From: Convolutriloba macropyga
Lineage: Eukaryota
Assembly: GCF_964194025.1 (NCBI RefSeq)
Contig: NC_134479.1
Span: 23,126,001-23,190,000, forward strand
DNA length: 64,000 nt
Reading direction: 5' to 3'
Below the pieces are notes generated by a model. The model made no database searches. It saw only the letters and a list, made by a program, of their open reading frames with translations, and was not told the DNA's origin. Numbering within the stretch: position 1 is the first letter of the stretch; each line of letters opens with the position of its first letter. Below are positions 52,610 to 64,000 of the stretch, one piece after another. The position numbers and the translations under genes are program-made.

Positions 52610-55600
52610 AAGAAAGCTTTCAGAGTTGCTATACATAGATATAGTCTACACAAAAAATCTAGACGCAATCCTAGCTTCTTTTGGTTTCAAAAATATTAAG
52701 GATAACCCGCACCTGAATGCGCACACCTTATTTATTCTTTTGAAAAAAGTCATCCCAACTAAATCATCCTCGGCAGGAATCAAAGTTAGTGTACGTCAAT
52801 TAAAAATTATAATAATTGTATTTCTTTTTTGACATAATATATAAAAGGTTTATTATGATGATTTTCCTTCTCTTGGACAACATTCAACTTCACAATTGCG
52901 TTCCCATAACCTTCAACTTAACATACCACCAAATTGCTTCAACTAAACAATCCTACCAAAAAAATTATCATTTAAACTCTTTATTATAAACACAAGCACA
53001 AGAAACCGAGGTAAACGCTTACTCGGTCATTACTGCTGCCAAATCTGCAGATAGACATCACCCTACTGGACACTCCTCCAAGCTTTACCCCACAATCAGT
53101 AATACTTAACCCCATCTATCACAGTCAAGCAAAAGTATAACAAGCTCAAACACAACCGCACCAAGTGAAGACGCAAAATTATTCAGGGTGTTTTGCAAAC
53201 GAACTCAGGATGTTTTGCAAACACAGCTTTTCAACAAACACCAACAATATCTGCTCCGCCAATACCTCAACCAGAACTATTTAACAACTCAACAAAATCG
53301 ATAAACTTTAATCGATAAACACAAGCAAAACGCAAGTCTCAGAACTTCCACGACCAATACTCACTGTGTCAAAAATAAACGAAATTTCTAAAGATTATAA
53401 TTCCTTCTCAAAAAGCTTAAATCCGGAGCCACTAAGCTCTTGGTATTCTTCACCAACTCCCTCATTAATTGCAAACAACTTTTTCAACGCACTGCAAGGG
53501 CCGGTAACTAATATCGAAAGACTGCTTTCACAAGCTGAGCAGAACCACTCAATTTAACGGAACCACTAATTTTCAAGTTTTTTTCGGTACACCGCCATCA
53601 AATAACACTAAATTCAAATTCTACGATTCCCATTCTGGACCAACACTCTCACCACTGTATCAGAAAACAACCAGAGACCACGCGTACTTACTCCAATCTA
53701 CCTTTATAATTCGATCTGAATTTGTTTGTACCCTCTCTAGATCTGTTTGGAGATAATAATAACGGAGAATAATTACGTAATACGGCTATACCAAAAAAAA
53801 CAAAATTGTATGATATAACATCTGTATAAAAAAGAGCAAAAGACCTAATTGAACATCAAATATCACGTTTTAAAAAGGCTGAATAAGTTGTTGGACAAAA
53901 CAATCTGATTTTTTAACCACAAGCCGCTGCTCCGCACGGTTTGGGTTCAACACTAATTCCTCGTCATCAATCCGATCATTTTGTAGAAAAATCAGCAGGC
54001 TAAAGTTTCTGTTAAAATCTTCGTATCCGTACACACTATGACTGCTCTCCGCGACATATTACAAATATGCAGTACTATAAGCTCAATAAGATTGGTGAAC
54101 GCAAGATCAAACCAACAGATGTACTCTACACAAAAATTCTAGACGCTATACCAGCTTCTTATGATATTAAAATATGACAAGTATCTTCCAAACCCGAGTA
54201 ATCACACATTATTTTTCCTGTTGAAAGAAACGACTACACAATTGAAGAACTGTTAACATTTTTCCCTGCTGACTTTTCAGGTCTAATCTGCCAGCATAAT
54301 TTCCTCCCACCTGAATCGTCCTTGGCAGCAGTCAGAGTTATTGTACCTCAATTAAAAGTTTTAATATATATAATTCCTTGATATACACAATATAAAAAGT
54401 TTTACTGCGATAATTGTCCTTCTCTTGGACAACGCTTAACTTCACAAATGCGTCCCCTAACTTTCAACCGAACACAAACACCAGTGCTCCCCCTTTTACC
54501 GAACCACCAAGTTGCTCCTACAGGGACGCTACAAAACAACTCACCCAAAAGCCCAAAAGTCATCTTTAAACTATTTAACAAAAAAAACACCAGCAGAAGA
54601 AACCGAGCAACGCGCTTACTCGGTCATTAAAACTTCTAAATCTGCAGATTGACCTGATCTTACTGGAGATTCCTCCTAGCTTTACACCACCAAAAGTAAA
54701 CTGTACCCATTCATCAGAGTCAAGCGCAAGTACACAGAGCGCGAGCGAAACAACACCAAGTGAACACACAAAAATATTGACATTTTCAGGTTATTTGCAG
54801 ACACAGCTTTGCAACAAACACCACTAAAACCTGCTCCACGGCTAGTACCACAACCACAATTATTAAAATACTCTGACACACCAAATTTCTCAACAAAGCC
54901 ATTGAACTTTGCGAACACATGAAAAACACAAAACTCAGAACTTTCACAACCAAGGCACACGGTATCAGAAATAAACAAAATTTAATAAAGATATTGATTT
55001 TGTTGCAGAAAGTTCAAATGCAGAGCCAATAAGCGATCAAATTTCATAACCAACTCACCCATAATTTGCAGGCATTCCTTTTAACCAATCAACAAGACCG
55101 GTAATTAATAGCAAAAGACTGCTTTCACAAGCTCAGCGGAACCACTCAATTTCACGGAACCACTCATTTTTAAATTTTCACGGTAGACTGGCGATAAATA
55201 AATCATAATTCTTTGGCTCCCGATGCGGACCAACACTCTCACCGCTTTATCGGAAAAAACAGACACCACAAATACTTACTCCACCCTTCCTTTAAAACTT
55301 GATCCGAATTTGGTTTTACCCCCTCTAGTTTTTTGGAGAGCAAAAAAACGGAGAACAATTACGTAACAGGAGAACACAAAGAATAACAAAGTTGTATAAA
55401 AAGAACACCAGTACAAAAACAAAGAGCCCAGCACATAATTAACCAACTAAATATATTGTTTTCAGTTGAAATTGTTGTTGGACAATGCAAAATGACCACA
55501 TTCAGCTGCTCCACACGTTTTAAGGCTCAAAAATAATCCCACATCTCTTATTTTTTAGTAAGAACACTATAAATTAGATCAATACACAAAAAACTCAGCA

Positions 55601-55860
55601 GGCTACATTGTTTGTCATAATCCTCACTCAGGATTATCTCACAAATGATTTAAAGGTTAATAATACTCGTAATTACATTTTTAATTTCATCCCCATTGCC
55701 TCTGAAACCTTATTCAACATTGATAAACGTAACATACCGACTCCGAAAAATGGCATACAACATCATATTCTTGCACTATAACAGCTCTACACAACATTTC
55801 ACAGATAATCAGTAATTTAAGCTCAACAAGATTGTTGATTGATCAATTATACCAACAGAC
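52610..55860 (+). pseudogene. Tandemly repeated (~1.5-kb period) accessory ORF remnant inside the Gypsy element
   Basis: 52610-54110 aligns with 54110-55860. The second copy translates HIIFPVERNDYTIEELLTFFPADFSGLICQHNF..YCDNCPSLG followed by P/Q/S/T-rich sequence. Confidence 0.55.
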
Positions 55861-56590
55861 TTTCCGATCCTACCTGCCAAAATTTCAATTTTTTCACAAA
55901 ATTGAACAATTCAAATACAAGCACTTGCCTTATATGCGAAACTCAGTGACAAAGAAAATATTTGCCACAAAGTCTTTCTTAAAAGAGGCTACTGGTGATT
56001 GGTGTTTTCACGACTCGGAAGAACATTCTCTGCAACGGAACTTGAAACTCGTACAGAACTTGCTAGGATAGGCCGTGTAAACAAGCGCCACTATGCTCCA
56101 TAACTAAAACATTTCGATCTGCTTAATGATCCCCACCGACAAGCTAACATTGAAGCAAAACAGGGTCGATTTCAAGTAGACCGTTATCGCCCCTTTGCTT
56201 TTCAAAACGGTAATCTTGTTTTTAATCCACGAGATCAAAATTGGATTCCAAAGGCAACGAACAATCTTTGGGCATTTTTTTCCAGGACGAACTTTCGCAT
56301 ATGAATACCATTTCATCAATATATTAGGATGGTACGAAAGCACTTGCAATAATTGTAAGAACATGGGTACTGTCACCAAATCACGCAAATTAAAGCAACT
56401 GTCACTTGGAAAACTAATGACAACAGGCACTGTCGAAATTTTGACGTGGGTAGATTAAACCCTCGAGTGATAAAATTTCAAAAGCGCGATCTTACTGAAA
56501 CACTAACGAATAAGAAAACTAATTCAGGACAAAAACAAAAAGCCCACTTCTACACTTGTTATTTTTCAAATCATCTTTTAGATGAATTAG

Positions 56591-56635
<45 letters not shown>

Positions 56636-56653
56636 GCTCTCTCTCTCTCTCTC
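56591..56653. repeat. (CT)n microsatellite
   Basis: Seen directly. Confidence 0.95.
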
Positions 56654-57258
56654 CATATAAGATGGACAATAAACCAGTACACATATGTAACAAGGACCGC
56701 TCTTATTACGCTACACAGTATTGAGTTAATTTTATTCAATACAAGGAAAGTTTCAATTTTGCTTCAGGCAAAGCTGCCTCAAAGTTTAGTGATGTACAAA
56801 TGACAATGCTTAGCAGAGCACCATCTGTTAAACCGTAAACAAATACTAGAATTGATTACGTTTTACCACAAGAGTCACAAGTCTAAAAAATTTGGAACAG
56901 TATGAACTTTCTTGTAAACAAAACTGGTTTGGTACAGTACATACATATATACATATAATTGTCGAAGTGGACTATGTTAATAGTCGAGTACTGTTGGAAA
57001 TGAACCGCACGAGTCTACCTGTTTTTAAAAAGCAATTCTATCTCGATAGGAATTTGATGTAAACCGCTGTTATTTTTTGTTAACGCAGTAATTTCCCCTT
57101 GTTGGATATATCATCGCAGGCCTCAAGAACACATTTGCTACCCCTAATTGCTCAAATATAACCTTCTTTTTAAGTGAAAGACAATTTCATCTCACCTTAA
57201 TCTACTCAATGTTTTGGGAAAATGCTAATTTATAACCAAAACAAGGTGCAAAATGTAG

Positions 57259-57732
57259 ATGAAGTCACAAGAAAAACTTTTTCTTTGTCAATTAAAGCAC
57301 AAAGTAAAGCTGATAATTTTGATCCGTACAAAAAAAAGAAGCAGATACCTTTTAATCATATCGCTTATGGCCTTACCCAATCAAGGAAGAAAACTATGTG
57401 AAAAAAAAATCATGCCTCATGAAATGGGACGTTGGTTTAGACAAATTAACTTACAGCACAAAAAAGGCATATTTAACCAGAGTGACTGGACTAACTCAAT
57501 AGTTAAAATGAAATTTGAGCAATTAGTAGATGATGCAGAAGAGAAATTAGACGATGAACAAGCTTTAAATTTTGCAGATTTAGCACGACGAGCTTTAGTA
57601 CAACTTCTTTACTCACTGTTTCAGAACCAATACACAAATTTTTTATCAAACTTTTCACGACAAAGAATTTACACTTCGTCGCCTACACTGGTGAGAAACT
57701 ATTATCGAGAACTATTCAAAAGTCTGGTTTAA
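57259..57732 (+). CDS. Hypothetical accessory ORF within the Gypsy 3' region
   Basis: 157-aa open frame with a helical-looking segment (FEQLVDDAEEKLDDEQALNFADLARRALVQLLY); no family recognised. Confidence 0.35.
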   Translation: MKSQEKLFLCQLKHKVKLIILIRTKKRSRYLLIISLMALPNQGRKLCEKKIMPHEMGRWFRQINLQHKKGIFNQSDWTNSIVKMKFEQLVDDAEEKLDDEQALNFADLARRALVQLLYSLFQNQYTNFLSNFSRQRIYTSSPTLVRNYYRELFKSLV

Positions 57733-58122
57733 AGACTACCCATGGTCCGTATTAAAAAGTCAATGTTTAATTTTTTTACGTTGTCTGTTTGACCTACTTC
57801 AATGACTTCATTCATTACAAGAATTACAAACCACCATCTCCTATGAAGCGAAAAAAATGCACTCTTCTGTAATAGTAAAAAATTTTCAAATTGAAATGAA
57901 GTTATTACAGAAAAAGTTAGCATTACACAAAAAATCTATAAGTAATTCTCATTTCCGGTACACAATGACTCTAACAAACGAAGAATCTCAACCCTTCCAA
58001 CTTCAGTTAAAGAATTTTATGATATATCAGTAGAATCACAACCAAATCAATTTTTTTTTCACTTCATTTTTATACCTTAAATCTGGATAGACAGAAACGC
58101 TCACAGTCTGTTTCACTTTCAG

Positions 58123-59062
58123 ATGAAATTTTTTGAGGATCACCCTGACACCACAGATGTCAACCTACCAACCTCTTGGTTTAACGAGCGCTCACCAATC
58201 CCTCCCAAGATCGTGCCGACGGAGTATGACCTCGTCATCCTGAACAACGACGAAATTCTGCCTCTTAGGCCGCTGTTATTGGTTCCTTCAGTGTAAGAAC
58301 AAGTTTGCGAGACGCAGACACCGGCTCTCTTCACGAAGGTGAACGATGCGACATATTTGCGGGTGAACTCTCTGCCTTCACCCGCAATTTCCTCTTCTTC
58401 TTCGGGTGAACAACTCTCACAGCAGCCATCAAATCTCTCACAGCAAAGTTCATTGTGGGCAGATGAAGTTGCGGCCGATCAATCTATTCGCTCGACACTG
58501 GCGACAGCAGTCCCCAAATTTGCCTTCACAAATGGATGTGAGCAAGCAGAACCTTAAAAGGAAGCTTACGTGGATGCTTCATACAATTCACAATAATTTT
58601 TGTTCTACGCCATTTCCATCTGACGAACAGTCTAAGGCACATCAATTTGAGGTTTCAGTACCAAAATAAGATCCTCGTACTACCTCATCTATGTATTGAT
58701 CCTAGCTATTGCGAAGGGACGTTGGGGAACCTTGACCTGACCAACAATTACTTCATCTTCAGCCCCTTTAACGCTAGGACACACCGCCCCAACATTTTTC
58801 CGATCGACTATGTCCAGTGCGTAGAAAGAGGCTACAAAAAGTGCATGTGTGGACAAACCTTCATTCTCCTCCACAGGTACTGGATTGCGAACAAGCATTC
58901 AAAACTGAGAGCCATTTGCCGAGTGACAATATATCCAGAACCACATTGCTATACTGATCTGCACCCCCGGGTTCTTCTTTTCTAGCAAGGGACAAGGAGT
59001 TTCTTGACTTCTTCCTGTACCCTGTCGATCCGGCCTCGAACTTTGAATTCAAGTATCGCTAA
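58123..59062 (+). pseudogene. Env-position accessory ORF of the Gypsy element (~310 codons, disrupted)
   Basis: Visibly GC-richer block starting TTTCACTTTCAG|ATG. MKFFEDHPDTTDVNLPTSWF.. is in frame with ORF 58339-58557, then a Cys/His-rich segment (58647-58985). Confidence 0.5.
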
Positions 59063-59648
59063 GGGTCACCGGCCCACCCCCAGGGTTACTGTTAGTACAA
59101 ACTGAGACCACAGTTCTCAAAACTCACAAAATTTACTTCCATATTTTTTGTTTGATTTTTTCTTTACTCTCATTTCTTTTTAAATTCCTTTTCGCTTTTA
59201 GAACAATTTTTTTTCTTGTTTCCTCCGGTCGGAGCTCACCCAGTAGAGATTAAACTTTTATAACGTTCAAAGTGTCAAGTAGCTCACATATTAGCTAATG
59301 ACGGATTCTAACCGGAAGGTAAGCCGATCGACACAACTTCTGTAAAGGAGATTAGCTGAAATCTCCTTGTACAACCAACAGCAACTACAGAGTGAAACCT
59401 TCCACCCAGCTGGCTATCAACCTCACCAAAAGACATTGGGACACAACTGGATACTCTGACAGGACTGACGTTACAGGCTAGCACACCCTATTACTGTATC
59501 CCTTAAAAACCCTACACCCGGAAAGATGTGGATCACCCACTGACGACTCTAGACACAATATTCACCTGTTAGGGTTCTCAGACAACGACACAATTTACCA
59601 ATTCCAACACTCAACGAGGATCACAAAGAACTCTAAATCCCAATTGGA

Positions 59649-59943
59649 TGTAGCAGTAGAAATCCTGAATGTACGCCTCCAGCCAATCAGAGACAGAGAA
59701 GACACTAATCTAATAAAGTAGCGCTAGCACAACTGACCACATTCAGTCTATTAGATGGTTGCACGATGTGTATACCATTGACACCTGTGCTGTATTATAT
59801 TACCACCGTAAGTTTATCTTCTCTGTTTTATAGAGTCGATTAGTCTGAGAGAACTAGGTAAGCCTACTTCGCGCGCAGAAATAAATAGCCCTAACTCTTT
59901 ACACCTTAAAGTTGTAAAAGGAGCCCCCATAGGGTCTGCCTTA
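59649..59943 (+). repeat. 3' LTR of Gypsy-type element
   Basis: Direct repeat of 40444-40745, followed by the GTTT TSD. Confidence 0.85.
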
Positions 59944-60768
59944 GTTTTAGCCCAGAATCCATACGTATTTTCCGTATGCTCTCAAGAAGCATAATGGTCA
60001 TGGCGGACAACAATATCAGACATTCCCAATGACATCAACTTTTTGTAACCTATCAGTAAAAATCTAGGTTGATCAGAACTCAAAAAAATTATTTAACACT
60101 ATGTGCCTTATACACGTTATACAGGTTTTGCTATGTTCCCATTGTGGATCACATATTGATAGATTGATTGGTGCTACAGTCTTTGGTTTCTTCAGCTTAA
60201 GCAGTTATAATATCAGAACCAGAAAGAAACGCTCTTTGAATGGTGGTTGTGTAGTAGAAGATTTAACCTTCTACAAAAAAGTCAATGAAGAAAGTGAAAT
60301 ATAATTAAAATGAGAGAGAAAACGCGCGCATAGTCTGAAAGAACCTATAATCCCTGTCATTCGCCCTGTTCCATATCAATATTGGGGCTCTCAAAACCCA
60401 GCCGCAAAAAGCTGATCGAATCTAAATATTGAGAAGCTCAATTGTCAACCATTCTCGTATTAAAACCGTTTTTTGCGTTATTTGAACGTAAACACTTTTG
60501 AACGCATTTTTTCAAGCCTGGACATGCGACTGAGGGAAAATCATATCAATTTCTAAATCATGTCTGCACACATGATGTCCCTGAATGCTCGTTCTAAGAA
60601 ATCATACGGCGCAATATAAAAAGTTCCATCCAAGAAGGGCGAACATTTTTTGTTTTTTTTACAAGTTTAAAGAGAACCATCATTGATCTTAGTTATTTCC
60701 CGAACTGGATTGAAAAAAAAACCGAACTGTTTTAAACTCAACGTCTCGAGTTTAAAACAGTTCGGGTT

Positions 60769-61900
60769 TCTGACCTTACCAAATGCGCTATCCAGGATCT
60801 AAAACACCTATTCTTATCAATTTATTGCTACAAGAGAACTTATAGCTAACATTACGAGTCATTTGACGCAATGGAATTTTGCAAGGTCATTGACAACGTT
60901 TACGCATTGGTGAAATATGCTTTATATTTTTCGTAAGTAAAATTCATTTGAAATCTACCTACTATTTTATTTGGACAACAGAAGGTGAGCGTAGATCGAG
61001 ATGTAAATCGACTACAAAAAATGAGACAAAAAAGCTTAATTCCCCGAAGCGAAACTCCAGAGTAGATCAGAGCTGGAGCAGGGTAATTCCAGCGTTAGTG
61101 CGCTATCAGAGCTGAAACGAGCTCCCCCAGAGTAGGAGACCTCTCAACTCTGGGTTTTGTCTTAACATAATAGAACACAGAGTAGGTCTACTCTTGATTG
61201 GGCCTTGACATGGTAGAACCCAGAGTAGGTCTACTCTGGAGTCTTTCTGGACAGAATTGATCACAGACTAGCTCTACTTTGGTGTCTGACCTTACCAAAT
61301 GCGCTATCCAGGATCTAAAACACGTATTTTCTTATCAATTTAATGCTACCAGAGAACGTATAGCTAACATTACTACATTTGATCCTAGCAAATTTTACGG
61401 GCTCATGGACATCTGTTACGAATTTGTGAAATATACATTCTATAATTCGTAAGTAGAATTCATGTGAAATCTACCTACTGCGATGTTCACAAGGGGAAAT
61501 TAAGAATGAATTAAATTTAGTTTTGAAATTCACAAATGAATGCAATTTTTCACCAAAAAATTTACAGTCAAACAAGCTGCCCATGAGCTAAAAACAAAAT
61601 TAGATATGAGTAGATGAAGATGTAAGTCGACTACAATAATAGAAACACAAAATGGGTAATTCCCCGAATTGAACCTCCAGAGTAGATCAGAGCTGGAGCA
61701 GGATAATTCCAGCGGTAGGTGCGCTAACAGAGATCAAACAGAGCTCCCCCAGAGCAGGATAAATCTCAACTCTGTGTCTTGTCTTAACAGAGTAGAACAC
61801 ATAGTAGGTCTACTTTTCATTGGGCCAGGACAGGTCTACTCTGGAGTCTGTCTTGACAGAGTTGATCAAAGAGTAGGTATGCTCTGGTGTCAGTCTTGAC
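60769..61900. repeat. Diverged tandem duplication (~520-620 bp units) with AGAGTAG subrepeats
   Basis: TCTGACCTTACCAAATGCGCTATCCAGGATCTAAAACAC at ~60769 and ~61285; CTCCAGAGTAGATCAGAGCTGGAGCAGG in both units. Confidence 0.85.
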
Positions 61901-61978
61901 AGAGATGATCACAGAATAAAACACTACGGATTCGCATTTAGCAGAGTACAAACCGCCTGTCTCGAAATTTGAACGGGT

Positions 61979-62210
61979 CCCTGGTTGAGATTGCATCCGG
62001 AAGTGACCTCTAAACAGACCGTTCCAGACAAAAGTCTTCTCTGATCAGACCATCCCAGGCCAAAATAACCTCTGATCAGACAAAATTGCGCTCGGAACAG
62101 CGTGTGCGCTCGAAGTGCGCTCGAAATCGTTTCTGATCAGACCTTGTCAGACCGAAATGAACTCTGATTGGACCGAAATCAGATCATTGTCACGACAATT
62201 TCTAGATGAG
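61979..62210. mobile_element. Fragment of a CCC-terminus DNA transposon with GATCAGAC repeats
   Basis: Starts CCCTGGTTGAG; contains CTGATCAGAC repeats like those in 7891-8703 and 29067-30179. Confidence 0.45.
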
Positions 62211-63769
62211 CGATCGCTCAGTTAGAAATTTAATTTTGGAAGGCCTCTTTAATGAATAGTATATTTTATCCGAGGAGCCATATGCTGCAAAAATTATTTG
62301 TAAATTTGTTCAAAGAACATTTTATAGTGCTCAAACCGAGCAGACGAAATAAATGAAGTGCTTACATCTTTATACCTATGCCGTGCATGGTTTGAAGGAA
62401 TCTGAAAAACATAAAATTAACCCTTTATTGAACAAAGACGAAAAACAAAATAAATAGTTGTTTTCCCAATTTGTTTATACATTAGAAGCTAATGTGTATG
62501 TTTACTATGGCTGAATATATCAGTTCAAATAGTTGTTAATATGTCTACAAAAATCTGCATCTGAAATCAAAAAAGCCAAGCAATGGTCAATTTTACAAAC
62601 TCGAAAATTTTTACGAAAATTTCTATGGCAGCCTATCAACCAAAATTTTTGATTTCATTTTTCATGCTCAAGGGCACAAGCCTGCAAGATCGACGAAATC
62701 AACGTGCCCGTGTTCAAAACTTTCATCATCATTTGTGGAAAAACTATAGTGATTTGTTGTCTTTGCAATGATAACCAGTACTTTGGCATCAGTGTAACAC
62801 AGTACTCGACCATGTTGTTGTATTCTGGTCATGTCATTTTTTGCTACTTATAGCTTATTTTTCAGAATCATTCAAGCAAGCAAGGTTTTCTGCTTTCGGG
62901 TCTTCATCTGTGCAAGACGCAAAGCCCAATAAAAACAAATGCCGATTGACTTTGATGTGCGCAAATTGCCATTGAAGTTTCTCTAGACTTAGTTACCCCT
63001 GGTTCTCTTTTGACTTCAGTGGCAATTAAATTTTTGACTATAAAAATTTGACTATTTAAAAAAATTACGCCGTAACAAAAAATCATTCCTCAACTACATT
63101 TGTTTATGAGAAATGTGAAAAATGAGTAGATGCGAATTCAATTAAAAATGTGAATGAAAGAAATTAAAAAATCGATTAAAAAATTTCAAAAAGGTAATAT
63201 TAATAATTGAATAATTCGATCTAGAATCATAACTATCGTCACTATGATTTCGTTCTCGTTTCATCTTTGGGAACCTGAGGAAACGTGGTCTCTGTTTACG
63301 AGCGTGATCCATGCCGATTCCAAGCCATTAGAATCACCAAGCGGTCGCCTGGTGATGACGACAGTGGGTTCAGTTCATCTCCGGAGTCGCCAACTGTTTG
63401 GCCCATCCCCTTGAAACGCTGCCAGTACCAAATGGAATGTTCTGAGACGTGATCTTCAAGATCGCTGCGTTTCGATGGATTGGACGAGGCAGTTGGCAGT
63501 TCCAGAGATTAACGAAACCTGCTGTCAACATCACAAGGCGATCAACTGGAGAATCAATTTGCTTCGAATCGGCTCGCAATAACCACGCTCAATGGATAGT
63601 NNNNNNNNNNNNNNNNNNNNNNNNNNNNNNNNNNNNNNNNNNNNNNNNNNNNNNNNNNNNNNNNNNNNNNNNNNNNNNNNNNNNNNNNNNNNNNNNNNNN
63701 NNNNNNNNNNNNNNNNNNNNNNNNNNNNNNNNNNNNNNNNCAAAAAACAAAGTAAGATTAGGGGTGAAA

Positions 63770-64000
63770 AGTGGTGAAAAAAAAACTTTGTTTCACCGCA
63801 AAGCGCCCGCATCTTTTAGCGTTGAATGCGGTGAATTTTTGCGATTTTTAGCGGTGAAAAAATTTTTTTTTTCACTGCATTCTGCTGGTAGCGCTGAAAA
63901 ATTTTTTTCACCGCAATCCTGCTGATAACGGTGAAAAAATTTCTTTCACTGCTTGAGCGTTGAAAAAAAATTTTTAGCGATAAAATTTTTTTTTTCACCG
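63770..64000. repeat. Array of alternating inverted TTCACCGC / GCGGTGAA motifs
   Basis: Repeated GGTGAAAAAAATTTTTTTTCACYGC mini-palindromes run to the window end. Confidence 0.8.

Larger units (their letters stand above)
40444..59943 (+). mobile_element. Very large (~19.5 kb including gaps) Ty3/Gypsy-type LTR retrotransposon, degenerate, with internal duplications and an accessory region
   Basis: ~300-bp LTRs TGTAG..GCCTTA at both ends with a 4-bp TSD GTTT. Protease IDFLIDSGATLNVL, RNase H PFYMLSDSSNYCIGAALL and integrase VIVDAFSHY..TDSGKEY..PYAPCSNGLEE occur in Gypsy order. Confidence 0.85.

Noticed and set aside
27707-63925. ORFs containing long X runs
   Set aside because: Artefacts of translating N gaps (27762-27961, 44007-44134, 45175-45546, 48795-49195, 51837-51964, 63601-63740).

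Overview
AT-rich eukaryotic (probably invertebrate animal) genomic DNA with six N gaps, dominated by mobile elements. (1) Bases 1-7861 are one arm of a degenerate Polinton/Maverick (adintovirus-like endogenous dsDNA virus). It ends in an AGTAGT terminus next to a ~225-bp subterminal hairpin. Its minus-strand gene train is PLA2-like (HD) ORF, DEDD-like ORF, unknown ORF, small membrane protein, packaging ATPase, PW, PZ, integrase, minor capsid, basic core protein, major capsid and adenain-like protease, and several genes are joined by overlapping stop/start codons. The pPolB and the other terminus are not in the window. (2) A decayed near-full-length BEL/Pao LTR retrotransposon (11115-17208) and a younger rearranged BEL/Pao fragment (35397-38184). 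(3) A ~19.5-kb Ty3/Gypsy-type element (40444-59943; TG..TA LTRs, GTTT TSD) with internally multiplied pol segments and ~8 kb of unrecognised accessory ORFs. (4) Host EPN-type C-type lectin genes or pseudogenes with Thr-rich stalks. (5) Many CCC..GGG non-autonomous DNA transposons with 2-bp TSDs, plus long palindromes and mini/microsatellites. All identifications come from manual translation and motif recognition; no database searches were run.
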